64,000 nt of DNA, taken from contig OZ024757.1 in the NCBI GenBank assembly GCA_964016885.1, forward strand, positions 9,052,001-9,116,000. The letters are read 5' to 3'. The DNA comes from Eledone cirrhosa (lineage: Eukaryota). How positions within the stretch are numbered: position 1 is the first letter of the stretch; every line of letters starts with the position of its first letter. Shown here one piece after another: positions 39,580-54,732 of this stretch. Made by a program: the position numbers and the translations under genes. The notes under the pieces are model-generated. The model did not search any database. It worked only from the letters and a program-made list of their open reading frames with translations, and was not told where the DNA came from.

Positions 39580-41523
39580 AATTCCATATATGGTAAAAGT
39601 GATTCTCACAAGGATTGGTCAAGAGTTTGTTGTTGAGACACATAATTCTATCATGGCAATTTGTGAAAGGAAGGGGTAGCTGGACCTGCCAGTAGAAGAA
39701 AGAGGGAGAGGGAGGGGAGGAATCCCAGTCGTGCGTTGATAGTGCCAACTACAGCGGGATCCTAAGGGCAGGGGGTTAAGAAAGTATACTAGGGAGGGGG
39801 AGGAAGTAGAAACAGTAAGTAAATCAATATGGAGTAAATATATAGAAGAATAATAAGAATGTTAAAAATATAAAAAAACAATTTCTTGTTACTATTCCCT
39901 TACCACAATCATCAAGTCTCTCACTGGTACTGCTAAACTATAGTAAACTCGTTCCTATTACCCACTCTACTACCCTAAGTATTGAGTACTTTGGTGCGTT
40001 ATGGTCCATCTGGTTCCTTACCACATTTCCCTTCCAGCAAGGTTAGAATTAACAACGAATATAGTGAAGAGTTTAGCGTAAAAGTTGGTGTTCATCAGGG
40101 CTCTGTTCTTAGCCCCCTACTATTTATTATTGCCCTTCAGGCTATAACAGAGGAGTTCAACACCGGCTGCCCATGGGAACTCCTATACGCAGATGATCTA
40201 ACGCTCATAGCTGAATCAATGGCCGAGCTAGAGAAGAAATTCCAAACATGGAAGCACAGCCTAGAATCAAAAGGCCTTAAAATTAACCTGGCTAAGACTA
40301 AAGTTCTAGTTTGTAAGAAAGAAAATAAGGCGGCAGTCCCCTCCGGGAAGTGGCCATGCTCAGTGTGTAGGAAAGGCGTAGGTAGAAACTCCATTTATGT
40401 CCCAAATGCAAAGTATGGGTGCATAAAAGATGTAGTGGGATCACAGGTAAGCTAACTAAGAATATAGATTTTACATGGGGCCGGTGTTCTGGGGCAATAA
40501 GTAGCAGCAAGTGCCCACAAAATACTAGCTCTTTCAATTGCGCAGAGGGTTCTATAGAAATAGTGGACAGCTTCCGTTACCTGGGTGACAAAATCAGCAG
40601 TAGGGGAGGTGCTCTGAAAGTACAGTAGCTAGAGTCAGAACTGGATGGAAAAAGTTCAGAGAGCTTATACCACTATTAGCCGCTAAAGGGTTCTCCCTAA
40701 AAACGAAAGGCAGGTTGTATGATGCCTGCATACGAACACCAATGTTGCATGGCAGTGAGACCTGGGCATTGTGTGCAGAGGATATACGTGACTAGAGAGG
40801 AACGAAGCTTGCATGCTCCGCTGGATATGTAATAGTAATATACGCGAACGGCAAAGCATAAACGAACTAAGGGAAAAATTAGAAATAAGAGGGATCAGAT
40901 GTTGTTTAGTCGAGAGAAGGCTACGTTGGTATGGTCACGTGATGCGCATGAAAGACGACAGCTGTATAAAAAAGTGCAGGGCGATAAAGATAGACGGTAG
41001 CCACGGAGTAGGCAGACCCAGAAAAACCTAGGACGACTTGATAAATTCCGACCTCACACACTTACACCTCTCCAAGACAATGTCACTGGACCGAGATCTT
41101 TGGCGGCACTCAGTAAAAGAGAAGACCCGCCTTACCTGAATACAAAGTAAAACCTACTACAGTCAGTAGGCATCTCTAAAAAAACACACCCCCGTCCCAC
41201 CACCCCCACCACATCCACACCACCCCTTTCGATGTAAAGTTATGTTGGTACCACAACATCCAGTCCGAAACAAATGAGGTTGTGTAGGTGTCACGACAAA
41301 AAAACACACAGTCCAGGCTGTAATGTGGCCGTGTAGGCAACACGGTAAAAACCTCCCAGTCCCACACTGTAAATGTGTTTGGTGTTAGGAAGGGCATCCA
41401 ACTGTAGAAAACCCGCCAGACAGTCCTATGCGAGCAAGACAATCACTCTTGCCTCAAGTGGGAAAACTCCCGTCCAAACCCATGCAAGCGTGGAACATGG
41501 ACGTTAAACGATGATGATGATGA

Positions 41524-41568
<45 letters not shown>

Positions 41569-41632
41569 TGAGTGTGTTCTGTTATTATTTCTGGCAATAT
41601 TATTACAACAATATGACCCTCCCCAAGTATAA

Positions 41633-41669
<37 letters not shown>

Positions 41670-41789
41670 CATATATATATTGCTTTAGAACTGCTGGACT
41701 AGCAACCTAACAGATACCTCAGGCACAGAGGATAATGATTATTGCTAAATGATGTTGGTTAGATTATCGATATTAGTATTATTGGGGCA

Positions 41790-41915
41790 CCCACTGATGA
41801 ATTATAGGAGCCCACTTGAATATTATCTGTTGATCCTATACAAGCTCCTACATAAATTGGTATAATTTCACCCAAATTGTAGGAATCCTATAATGAAACG
41901 AGACATCCGTCTGGG
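41790..41915 (+). ncRNA. Type-I hammerhead ribozyme with a 94-nt branched stem II
   Basis: CCCA-CTGATGA-ATTATAGGA...TCCTATAAT-GAAA-CG(AGACATC)CG-TC-TGGG: perfect core, GUC triplet. Confidence 0.88.
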
Positions 41916-42087
41916 AAGAGATATATTCGATATGTCTCATATGAAATAATACAGCCAATTTTCCCCGCAATACATTTAGTTAGCACCCCGAACGCATAAT
42001 TAGGAATATACTCACTTATTTCCTAATGTTTGTTGAGTGAGTTGGAATTTGGCCGGAGTATCGCTAAAAAAGCTTTCTCCGATATTG

Positions 42088-42145
<58 letters not shown>

Positions 42146-42225
42146 GATAAGCAGAACAAGTAAAATTCAATCAATTTTTCAAAGTACATTAAAAAATATA
42201 ATATAAATATTTACCTCTTCTAGTG

Positions 42226-42307
42226 GCCCTTACTGATCAGTTTCGCTTTGTAAAACCTCATAAATCCGATGGATTTATGATGGAAAACCAAAGCTCATCA
42301 GAGAAGC
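42226..42307 (-). ncRNA. Type-I hammerhead ribozyme
   Basis: Minus strand GCTTCT-CTGATGA-GCTTTG..TCATAAATCC(ATC)GGATTTATGA..CAAAGC-GAAA-CTGATCAG-TA-AGGGC; palindromic stem III, GUA triplet. Confidence 0.9.
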
Positions 42308-42710
42308 ATTTTCCCTTCCTAGGGCTAAACGTCCCAGGAACGACAAAATATACAACCTCCTGCCAGCTAATAAAGGTCTGAAAGGTCGTAAAAGTGACCC
42401 GTATGTAAACTGGACCGAAGTAAAAGCGGGAAAATCAAAGACTTGCTGTCTACAATTACTACTAAAAAAATAGCAGCCAAGTAAAGCAACAGATTTGTTC
42501 TCAACGGACGGAGAAAAAGGTAGAAGTTAATATGTCCAGGGATACTAGGTACCCCTAGAAATACATAGGTTGTCTATGATTCAGGGTTGTTCAATGGTGT
42601 TAATTTGATACACCAGAACTTTAATATTAAGATAAGCAGAACAAGTAAAATTCAATCAATTTTTCAAAATACATTAAAAAATATAATATAAATATTTACC
42701 TCTTCTAGTG

Positions 42711-42792
42711 GCCCTTACTGATCAGTTTCGCTTTGTAAAACCTCATAAATCCGATGGATTTATGATGGAAAACCAAAGCTCATCAGAGAAGC
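42711..42792 (-). ncRNA. Type-I hammerhead ribozyme (second tandem copy)
   Basis: Same sequence as 42226-42307. Confidence 0.9.
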
Positions 42793-43235
42793 ATTTTCCC
42801 TTCCTAGGGCTAAACGTCCCAGGAACGACAAAATATACAACCTCCTGCCAGCTAATAAAGGTCTGAAAGGTCGTAAAAGTGACCCGTATGTAAACTGGAC
42901 CGAAGTAAAAGCGGGAAAATCAAAGACTTGCTGTCTACAATTAGTACTAAAAAAATAGCAGCCAAGTAAAGCAACAGATTTGTTCTCAACGGACGGAGAA
43001 AAAGGTAGAAGTTAATATGTCCAGGGATACTTGATCAGTAAGGGCCACTAGAAGAGGTAAATATTTATATTATACTTTTTAATGTATTTTGAAAAATTGA
43101 TTGAATTTTACTTGTTCTGCTTATCTTAATATTAAAGTTCTGGTGTATCAAATTAACACCATTGAACAACCCTGAATCATAGACAACCTATGTATTTCTA
43201 GGGGTACCTAGTATCCCTGGACATATTAACTTCTA

Positions 43236-43369
<134 letters not shown>

Positions 43370-44279
43370 CAAATCATAAATTATCGAGATTCGCATTTCG
43401 GCGCACGAAATAACGAAAAACAACCTCCGAGATGTGCGGCAAGTGCTCAATGATTCAGGTGAACCAGAGCTATAACAAACGTTAAAGGCCAAACACACTG
43501 AGACGATGGTTAAACAATCATTCGCATAGCCAAAAAAAAAACGATCAAGTAATTCGGGTATTGAAAATTTACCCGGACCCCTGGAAGGTTGGTAAAATCC
43601 AGTATATGGGTTTCTGCGGCTCCTAAATCAAGTACCGTCCGCTTACATAAATAATGTCAGGCTTCTGGTAAGATGATTGAACAAGGAAGCCACTTTCTCA
43701 ACAGGTTTTAGTTCAATGTTAATACAAGGACTGACTATTACTGACCCCACGTGGGGATCGGCAAAGGAGGCAACCCCTATATCAGGTGAATGAATTCAGT
43801 TGTGTATATTTTTGCAAGAATGCAAAAACATCACAAATTGAATAGAGTTCTCAACAGAAGGGTTAAAATTAACATAAGCTATTCAGTGGTCAATAGAATC
43901 AACTAAAATATCAAGAAAATTAACTGGTCAATAGCTAGAGTCTGGAGAATAATACAAACATAAATTATCGAGATTTGCATTTCGGCCCACGAAATAACGA
44001 AAAACAACCTCCGAGATGTGCGGGAAGTGCTCAATGATTCGGATGATTCAGATATATATATATATATAAAAATATAACGAAGGAAATGTGGTAAGGAACC
44101 AGGTGGTCCATAACGCACCAAAGTACTCAATACTTAGGGTAGTAGAGTGTGTAATAGGAACGAGTAGGACCCCGACAGCTGAGCTCAAGCCGTTTTGACG
44201 GCTAATTCTGGACTAAATTTTAGTCCAGAATTAGCCGTCGAAACGGCTTGAGCTCAGCCATCGGGGTCCTACTCGTTCC

Positions 44280-44434
<155 letters not shown>

Positions 44435-44682
44435 CATACATATATATATATATATAAATGGAATAGAATGAAACGAAATTTCATTTCTCACTCTTAGTAC
44501 GGCACTTACTTAAATGTAAGTATGTATACGTACATACATATATGTATACAGATGTACAGTAGTATGTATATATATACATACATGCACACATATATATATG
44601 CACGTATCGGTTTACCAAACATTTATTATAATGCTCGGTTTGTTTGTTTGTAAACCGATACATACAGGTATATATATATATG

Positions 44683-44714
<32 letters not shown>

Positions 44715-46457
44715 TACATACATACAGGTATATATATATGTATATATATACATACATACAGGTATATATATATATGTGTATATATATACATACATACAGG
44801 TATATATATATATGGAGGCACATGCCTTAGTGGTTAGAGCATTGGCCTTGCAATCGAAAGGTTGTGAGTTCAATTCTCAGACCGGGTGATGTGTTGTTTC
44901 CTTGAGCAAGACACTTTATTTCACATTGCTCCAGTTTACTCAGCTATGGAAATGCAAAGTGGCACCCAGCAAAAAAGCACCCAGCACTCACTGTAAATGA
45001 GGTTGGTGTTAGGAAGGGCATCCAGCTGTAGAAATCAAGCCAGAATCAGTTCCTGTCCCACCCTTGCAAGCAGGGAAAAAGCGGACGTAAAATGAAATGT
45101 ATGAAATGAATGAAATACATATATATATACATACATACAGGTATATATATATTTACATATATATATATGTATATATATATACATACAGGTATATATATAT
45201 TTACATATATGTATATATACATACAGGTATATATATATACAATCATCACCGTTTTACGTCCGTTCTTCCACGCTAGCATGGGTTAGACGGAAAGAAGATT
45301 GAAACCCTACCCCCAATCTATACATACATAAAGCATGCATAGATACACTACTATTACCCACACGGCCACCTACAGACCAATATATATGTATATATATACA
45401 TACAGGTATATATATATATATGTATGTATGCTTTGTCTGTAAATCCGTGTCACAGATTACAGTTAAATTTATCATAACACCTCAATGAAGATAGATAAAA
45501 GGTGACATATATTTTCAACTTGCTGAATGACAGGCGTTGCCTGGGTTTTTGCTTTTCTTATTCAGATTAATAAATAATAACTATGAAGATAGATTTTTTT
45601 TCTCATAAATATTTCAAAATATCTCTATTTTATAAAAAAAAACATCAAAATTTTAATAATAGAATTTAGAAATGAAAATCTGTGAATGTTGTAGCAGCTA
45701 AAGTGAGTGCAATTTCCTATTATTTGGCAAATAGGAGACATGACCTTCCCCAAAAATAACAATAACTGAGCAATTTAATTGCATCATTTGTGAACCAGAA
45801 TTACTGGTTCTACAACATAACATAAATGTCATATATATATTTATATAGATACACATACACACCCTTAGACCGATGGGATTTGAACTCAGAAATTAAAAGG
45901 TTGTAACTCTATGCCACTAAATATGTTGTCTGATGCTCTACCAATTACTGATACGGCCCATCATAATAGTAATAATAATGTGTCTATCAAGACAGAATTC
46001 TAGGAGAAGGAAAACTCTGATATAACACCTGCAACCCTGATGGTATCCAATGATGTTGACTTGTTCTTCTTTTTGGTAAATATCATCTTGGTTAAGAGAG
46101 TGGGACTGGCTTTGTGCAGTGCCTTTGCTCACTATAAAAGCTTCACGGCACAGGCATTGCTTTATATCTGGAGATCTCTCTGCACTTGCCGTCACATGGT
46201 ACCATGGGCCCAGCACTATGTGTCAATAATGTCAATAATTGTCACAAGTGTAGTGTTTGTACCAGAGTTTTCAAGTTGCTGGCTGGACTAAAAAGTCACA
46301 CTCGTTCAGCGCATCGGTAGGGGTTCTCCTACATGGATATAAAGTAGTGGCCGTACTCGAAAACGAGTTGGCAGCCACCATGTGTGTATATATATGTATG
46401 TATGTGTATGTGTATTTTTATATATATGTGTGTATAGATATATATGTGTGTATTTAT

Positions 46458-46802
46458 GGAGGCACATGGCTTAGTGGTTAGAGCATTGGCCTTGCAATCG
46501 AAAGGTTGCGAGTTCAATTCTCAGAGCGGGTGATGTGTTGTTTCCTTGAGCAAGACACTTTATTTCACATTGATCCAGTTTACTCAGCTGTAGAAATGAG
46601 ACGATAGGGACTGGGGTCCCTATCATTCCACTGCAAAGTGGTCGTGGAGGTGCCACGGCAAAAAAGCACCCAGCACTCACTGTAAATGAGGTTGGTGTTA
46701 GGAAGGGCATCCAGCTGTAGAAATCAAGCCAGAATCAGTTCCCGTCCCACCCTTGCAAGCAGGGAAAAGCGGACGTAAAATGAAATGATGAAATGATGAT
46801 GA
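46458..46802 (+). mobile_element. Longer copy of the tRNA/CORE-type SINE with RTE-derived tail; copy B only
   Basis: Same head, CORE-like and tail blocks as 16944-17238, plus the segments missing there; ends in (GAT)n. Confidence 0.87.
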
Positions 46803-49800
46803 TATCCTCATCATCATCACCACCATCATCACCGTTTTAGGTCCATTCTTTCACGCTAGCATGGGTTAGACTGGTTGTCCTGTTGTGGGCAGTGTCAAGT
46901 CGGCTGACCTTGGCTTGCTCACATGGAACTGATTCTGGCTTGATTTCTACAGCTGGATGCCCTTCCTAACACCACCCTCATTTACAGTGAGTGCTGGGTA
47001 TTTTTCCATGACACCTCCCCGACCACTTTACAGTGGGAGGTGGTGGGGGCATATTGTCTATATGTTTCAGCTTCGGCTTGTACCTGTGGGAAGTCAGGTC
47101 TCTGTATTACTGCGTGACGCCAGAGGTCTCGGTCCTGTGTTATCGCCTTTGAGTGGTGCAATTGGTCAACGTCAGCTTTTATCCCATCATCCCAGGTCTT
47201 CTTGGGTCTCCCCACTCCAAGACTTCCATCGACTGTTAGTGCTCTGCACCTTTTTATGCAGCTGTCATTTCACTAAAATATATATTTAGGAAAACCCTAC
47301 AAGATGTGTATGACAAGAAAGAAGACGAATTAGAATTGTATGACAGAGTACCTTGTGGAATCGTCTGATATGGGTGGCTATATTAGCAGCGTCCCTGCAT
47401 CTGTTGCACATGCAAGCCATTTTGTTGAAGATGTACCCTCTTTTAGAGCAGTTGGGGAGGGCAGATTTGTAATGCAGAAACAGGCCCCTGTTGGCCGCTT
47501 TGTGGTAGAAATTGGTGTGGATTTCATCGCTATCAGAGATGCTCACTCTGAAATCAAGTAAAGCAAGGGACCTAGAGTCGGTGGGATGTTTGATGCTGAA
47601 CTTGATGTTATTGTCATCATTGTTGAAATATTCGAAAATCTTGTTGGCATTCTCCTTGGTGGATGTGAGGATGAGTAAATCATCCACATATCTAGTGAAG
47701 CAAGTGCAGGTGTCACAGGAGCTGAGTACTCAGCGTTCAAGCCTGTTCATATATGAAATGACCAGTAAACCCGAGAGGCTGGATCCCTTGGGTAGCCAAA
47801 AGGTCTGTCAGTAGGTTTGTCCCAGGAAGTTGAAAAATGCGTTGTTTACAATGATGTATAGGAGTTGGAGGATGTTGGTGGTGGTGAGGCCGAAACAATC
47901 CAGGTCGCTGAAACCAACAAATTCAATGAGTATGTCCACTGCCAGGAGTGCAGGTACCGATGTGTAGAGGGATACTACATCTAGACTGAAGGTCTACCTG
48001 TTGGATTTGAGGGTGTCAAGTTCTAGTTGGTTGAACTTTATGGGGTCTGTTTCTGTTTTAATGTGTTTTGGTGTAAAGTTAAAGAAAGCGGGGCCAATTG
48101 AGGTGAAATAATTGTTGACTTGTATGAAGGCAGATTTAACTTAAATCTGCCTTCCAAGTCAACTCTGATTGATCCTTTAAGTCTATCATAGAGATGCTCG
48201 CCTGATAATGGGTTTTTAAACCTGAAAATATTTGGGATTATTAAATTTGATAAGGTAAGATGTTTTTGTTATCTTAGCAATTTTAATTTTGGTACTAGAA
48301 ATGGGGAAGCTGCAGGATCCTGGAATTCTGTGATGCTAATAACCTAACTATCTGTAACACAAACTTCAAAAAATGAGACAATCATTTGATCACCTGTAGA
48401 TCAGGGAAAGACACCAGCCAGGTAGATTATATCCTTACCAGAAGATGTGACAGATTGTCTTTTGTAAACACTAAGTCCTTCCCCATGAAGAATGCAGTTC
48501 CCAATATAACCTTATAGTTAGTGACCTCATAGTCAGGACTAGACGTACTCGACAACAGGAGACTAGCCTGACAAGAAGAATATGGAAGTTGAAGGACCCC
48601 ACAGCTAGTCACAAATTTAAAAGCATATTACTTGATGCTTTTGACAGTAAGGAAGAGCAATTAGAGACGTACAATATAGAGGAACAGTGTGAATTCCTGA
48701 AAGTTAAACCTGCTGAAGGCGACAGATGAAATCTGTGGCTGGAGCAGACCTATAGGCAGGAGGAGTGTAACTTGGTTGTGGAACAGTAAGGTGGAGGAGT
48801 CAATCAGAAAGAAGGCTTGGAATGTATGACGGAAGTAGAAAACACTATCGAGAGGCCAGGAGAGAAGCTAGGAGACAAGTGTACGTTACAAGGAGGGATG
48901 CAGAGGATAGAAAGTTCAGGTATGTTCTACAACACGAGGACCAACAACGTGAGGTGTTCAGGATTGCAAGACAATGTGTCAAGGAAAACTGTGATATTGT
49001 TGGGGAGAAGTGTGTCCGTCATGATGATGGTGTACTTGCCCTCACTGATACTGATAAGAAGGTAGCTTGGAAGTGTCATTACGAAAGGCTACTAAATGAG
49101 GAGAATAAATGGGAAAAAGATTGTCTGCCCCAAATCGATCCAATAGAGGGACCATCGGTGCAAGTTAATTGTATTATAGTAAGTAATGCCATCAAAGATA
49201 TGAAGACAGGCAAGTCAGCTGGGCCTTCAGAGATAGTTGCCGAGATGTTGAAAGCATCTGTAATTGTGGGACATACTATGGTCACCCGGATAGTAAATCA
49301 AGTAATGCAGAATGGGGCCATACCAGATGACTGGCGTAGCTGTATCATCGTTAACTACTACAAGGGTAAAGGGGATGCTCTAGATAGGGGAGACTATAGA
49401 GGCATTAAGGTAGTTGACCAGGTCATGCAGGTCACAGAAAGAGTTATAGCACAACTAATCAGAGATCGAATTGATCTAGATGAAATGCAGTTTGGGTTTT
49501 TGCCAGGTAAAAGTACCATGGATGCCCTTCTCATTGTACGACAACTACAGGAGGTGTACCTAGCTGAAAGTAAACCCCTCTACCTAGCTTTTGTTGACTT
49601 GGAGAAAGCCTTTGACAGAGTCCCCCGCTCCATTATCTGGTGGGCTCTTAGAAAACTAGGAGTAGATGAATGGCTTGTGAGAGCTATCCAAGCCAAGTAT
49701 AGAGAAACAGTCAGTAAGGTTAGAATTAACAATGAATACAGTGAAGAATTTAGCATAAAAGTAGGTGTTTATCAAGGCTCCATCCTTAGCCCCCTCTTGT

Positions 49801-51184
49801 TTATTATTGCCCTTCAGGCTATAACACAAGCGTTTAAGACTGGCTGCCCATGGGAACTTCTATAAGCAGATGATCTAACTTTCATAGCTGAATCAATGGC
49901 TGAACTAGAGAAGAAATTCCAAACATGGAAGCATGGCCTTGAATCAAAAGGCCTTAAAATTAACTTATCTAAGACTAAAGTTCTAGTTTGTAGAAATGAA
50001 AATAGGAAAACAGGTGCCCTCTGGAACATGGCCTTGCTCAGTGTGTAGGAAAGGAGTAGGTAGAAATTTGATTCCTATGCCCCAAATGCAAACTATGGGT
50101 ACATAAAAGATGTACTGGGATCACAGGTAATGTATCTAAAAATGTAGATTATGTGTTGCTAATGCTCATGTGCAGTAGGGAGCAAGTGCCCACAGGACAC
50201 TAGCTCCTTCTACTGCTCAGATGGTTCTATAGAAATAGTGGACACTCTCCGTTACCTGGGTGACGGAATCAGCAATGGAGGAGGGTGTTCTGAAAGTACA
50301 GTAGCCTTAGTCAGAACGGGATGGAAAAAGTTCAGAGAGCTTATACCACTATTGATCACTAAAGGTTTCTCTCTAAAACTGAAAGGCAGATTGTATGATG
50401 CCTGTATACGAACAGCAATGCTACATGGCAGTGAGATGGCAAAGGGATCAGATGCTGTTTCCTTGACAGAAGATTACGTTGGTATGGTCATGTGATGCGT
50501 CTGAAAGATGACAGCTTTATAAAAAAAGTGCAGGGTGATCAAAATTGATGGAAGTTACGGAGTAGGTAGACCCAGAAAAAACATTGCACACTTACACCTC
50601 TCTAAGACAATGTCACTGTATCGAGACCTTTGGCGCTACACAGTAATACAGAAGACCCGCCTTCCCTATGTACAAAGTGAAACCTACAATCAGTAGACCC
50701 CTCCTAACCAAATATATACCCCAACCCACTACCCCTACTCCATCCTCCAGCTCCCACCAACACAACCCTGTCTCTGTAAACTTATGTTGGTACCACAACA
50801 TCCTGTCCAAACTAAAGAGGTTGTATGGGTGTCACGACAAAAAAGCACCCAGTCCACGTTGTAAAGTGGTCGTGTAGGTAACACGGTAAAAAAGGCTTCC
50901 AGTCCACACTGTAAATGTGGTTGGTGTTAGGAAGGGCATCCAGCTGTAGAAAACCTGCCAGATACAGTCTTATACGAGCGAGACACGGTCACCCGATGAA
51001 TCTTGCCCCAAGTGGGACATTTCCCGTCTAACCCATGCTAGCATGGAAGATAGATGTTAAACGAAGATGATGATATATATATATATATATTTTGGTCTTT
51101 AATGTAAAGAAATACCTATGATTCATAGTAGATCATCGATGATGGATAGTCCTGGCTTCTCTTTCTAATTCTTCATTTAATTTG

Positions 51185-51334
<150 letters not shown>

Positions 51335-51689
51335 GAGGTTATATTTAATTTGTTGGGATTCAACAAGCTTAAACATTTTTATAACTGATATAAAGCACTC
51401 AACATTCACTCTGTCTATCTCCACTATCACTATGTATAATCGTTCTTTCTTTCCTCTTCTCTCTTTCTCCTTCCTTTTCTTTTTTTCTCTCTCCTTACAT
51501 ATCATCTTCTTCCAACAGTTTAATTTAAATAAACCGTTATCTTTTCAACTTTTCGGACACTCATTTGCATACTCCCTCATAACTTTGTATTACCCTCAAT
51601 AAAATATTATCCCCATTATCCAGGAAGCTCCAACCATTAAGGTTGTTTTTTTTCCCGGTATCTCAATATTTATTGATAAAACAAATCTG

Positions 51690-51755
51690 TATTTTATCTG
51701 ATGAAAGCGCACCATAATTTGCCTTGTTTGCCCTTGAAATATATATAATAAAATA
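51690..51755 (+). ncRNA. Minimal type-I HHR (duplicate of 23708-23773)
   Basis: Same core and stems, with one extra stem II mismatch. Confidence 0.72.
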
Positions 51756-51781
51756 AATATGGTTTTATAAATATAGTTTCC

Positions 51782-51835
<54 letters not shown>

Positions 51836-52056
51836 CGAAGGAATTGTGGTAAGGAACAAGATGGACCATAACGCACCAGAGTACTCAATACTTAGGGTAG
51901 TAGAGTGGGTAATAGGAAAAGGTATGACCCCGACGGCAGAGCTCAAGCCATTTCGACGGCTATTTCAGTCCAGAATTAGCCGTCGAAACGGTTTGAGCTC
52001 TGCCGTTGGGGTCACACCTTTTCCTATTACCCACTCTATGACTTATGTTTCGTCAC

Positions 52057-52089
<33 letters not shown>

Positions 52090-52206
52090 ATATATATACA
52101 CACACGTTGAATTGTATTAATTCTTTCATTGAACGAAACTAGTTCTGTAATTGTATGTAAGAATATGAATATGTTAGTTAATTTCTAAAGAAATGAGGTC
52201 ATAGCA

Positions 52207-52250
<44 letters not shown>

Positions 52251-52305
52251 GTATATTAAATATATACATACATACTACATTTATGCCTTTTGTCTGTGTT
52301 GATAC

Positions 52306-52381
<76 letters not shown>

Positions 52382-52400
52382 ATATATATATATATATATG

Positions 52401-52515
<115 letters not shown>

Positions 52516-52648
52516 AATAAATATATACATACATACTACATTTATGCCTTTTGTCTGTGTTGATACGTGTATATATATATATATATATATAAAATATTAA
52601 ACAAATAATGAATAAACAATTTCTTATATTAAACAAAAAAAGTTCATT

Positions 52649-52786
52649 ATTTAACGATCGTTTCTAGGATATATATGTGTTAGAATTGGCATGCATATTC
52701 AACAGATCTATGTACAAAATTATACAAAATTATACAAACTATCAAGATTAAATATACATACCAACACATATATACGCCGTCTTCAG

Positions 52787-52790
<4 letters not shown>
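52649..52790 (-). ncRNA. Type-I HHR with ~115-nt stem II (stem I shortened by (TA)n)
   Basis: ATTT-CTGAAGA-CGGCGTATATATGTGTTGG...CTAACACATATATATCCTA-GAAA-CGATCG-TT-AAAT. Confidence 0.75.
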
Positions 52791-52848
<58 letters not shown>

Positions 52849-52851
52849 ATG

Positions 52852-52936
<85 letters not shown>

Positions 52937-53084
52937 ATGTATGTATAATAAATATATACAGATACACTAAATTTATACCTTTTGTCTGTGTTGATACGTG
53001 TGTATATATATATATATATACATATGTATGTATGTATAATAAATATATACATATATATTACATTTATACCTTTTGTCCGTTTTG

Positions 53085-53115
<31 letters not shown>

Positions 53116-53166
53116 AAATATTAAACAAATAATGAACAAACAATTCCTTATATTAAACAAAAAAAG

Positions 53167-53321
53167 TTCACTATTTAACGATCGTTTCTAGGGCATATAT
53201 GTGTTATAATTGGTATGCATATTTAACAGATCTATGTACAAAATTATACAAAATTATACAAATTATCAAGATTAAATATACATACCTAACTCATATATAC
53301 GCCGTCTTCAGAAATAATGAA
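53167..53321 (-). ncRNA. Type-I HHR with ~115-nt stem II and 10-bp stem I
   Basis: TTCATTATTT-CTGAAGA-...-GAAA-CGATCG-TT-AAATAGTGAA; palindromic stem III, GUU triplet. Confidence 0.8.
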
Positions 53322-54094
53322 GTATATTTATTGATAATAACAACAATTCAAAATATCAGTTCAAAATTGACCAATGAAAACACAAAGGGTTAAAAGCAGT
53401 TTGGTGTGTGTATATACATGCAAAAACCTTACACATATTTTACAATAATGTGTGTATAATTTGTATGTGCATACTAAAAAGATGGATGCAAACACAAAAT
53501 TTCAAGGTTAATATCTCTGTAAGCTTAATGCGCTGATAAGATACGCAAAGATACTTATGGAGTCAATCATATAAATATATTTTTTTCATACTCACACATA
53601 TCAGTATAATCACACATACATGTGCGTATATGCATAAATATACACATAACCACGAACATACAAACACACACACTCCCCCACTCACATTTATATATGTGGA
53701 TATAAAATCATAAGCAAATAGAAATTAAGTCACTCACATAAAAACACTGGTACACACATTTCAAGATCAAGATACAGAAATTAGGTGGGAGGGGGGGGGG
53801 AGGGGTCAGTATTAGATTGTCAGACCAGACAGCCTAATATAAATGTATCTATAAATTAAGAAAAATAAAAAAATAAAAACAATAAAATATAATAAATATA
53901 ATATAATGTATATACACATACAGATATACATACACATACATACATGTACGCGCACATAGAGATATCTACACATACATACATACACACATACCTATACTGT
54001 CATACACACACATACATTTACACGAACATACACATACACATATAAAAAGATATAAATACACACACACTCACGCGCAACACATACACACATACAC

Positions 54095-54125
<31 letters not shown>

Positions 54126-54481
54126 CATATATATACACACACACATAGACTCATATATATATATATACATATACATATATATATACAAACATATATATCC
54201 CCACACTCATACCACCATAAATACACATACAAACACCCACATGTATATACATATATATATATATATATATCCACATACACACACGTACACATATATATAT
54301 ATATATACACATATATACACATACATATATATATATACACACACATAAAAAACAGACATGCACATATATATATATATATATATATATATTTCATTACTCT
54401 TATATATACACATAGTATATATACATACACAACCTCACTTATACACATATACACATAAGTTATATTACAATAATAATAAAG

Positions 54482-54524
<43 letters not shown>

Positions 54525-54647
54525 TATATACATATATATATATATATACACATACATACATACACATACATACATACACCTAAATATATACATACATAAA
54601 TACACACATACGAATAAAGACATATATTCACACATAGACACCTATAT

Positions 54648-54679
<32 letters not shown>

Positions 54680-54689
54680 CTATATATAT

Positions 54690-54732
<43 letters not shown>

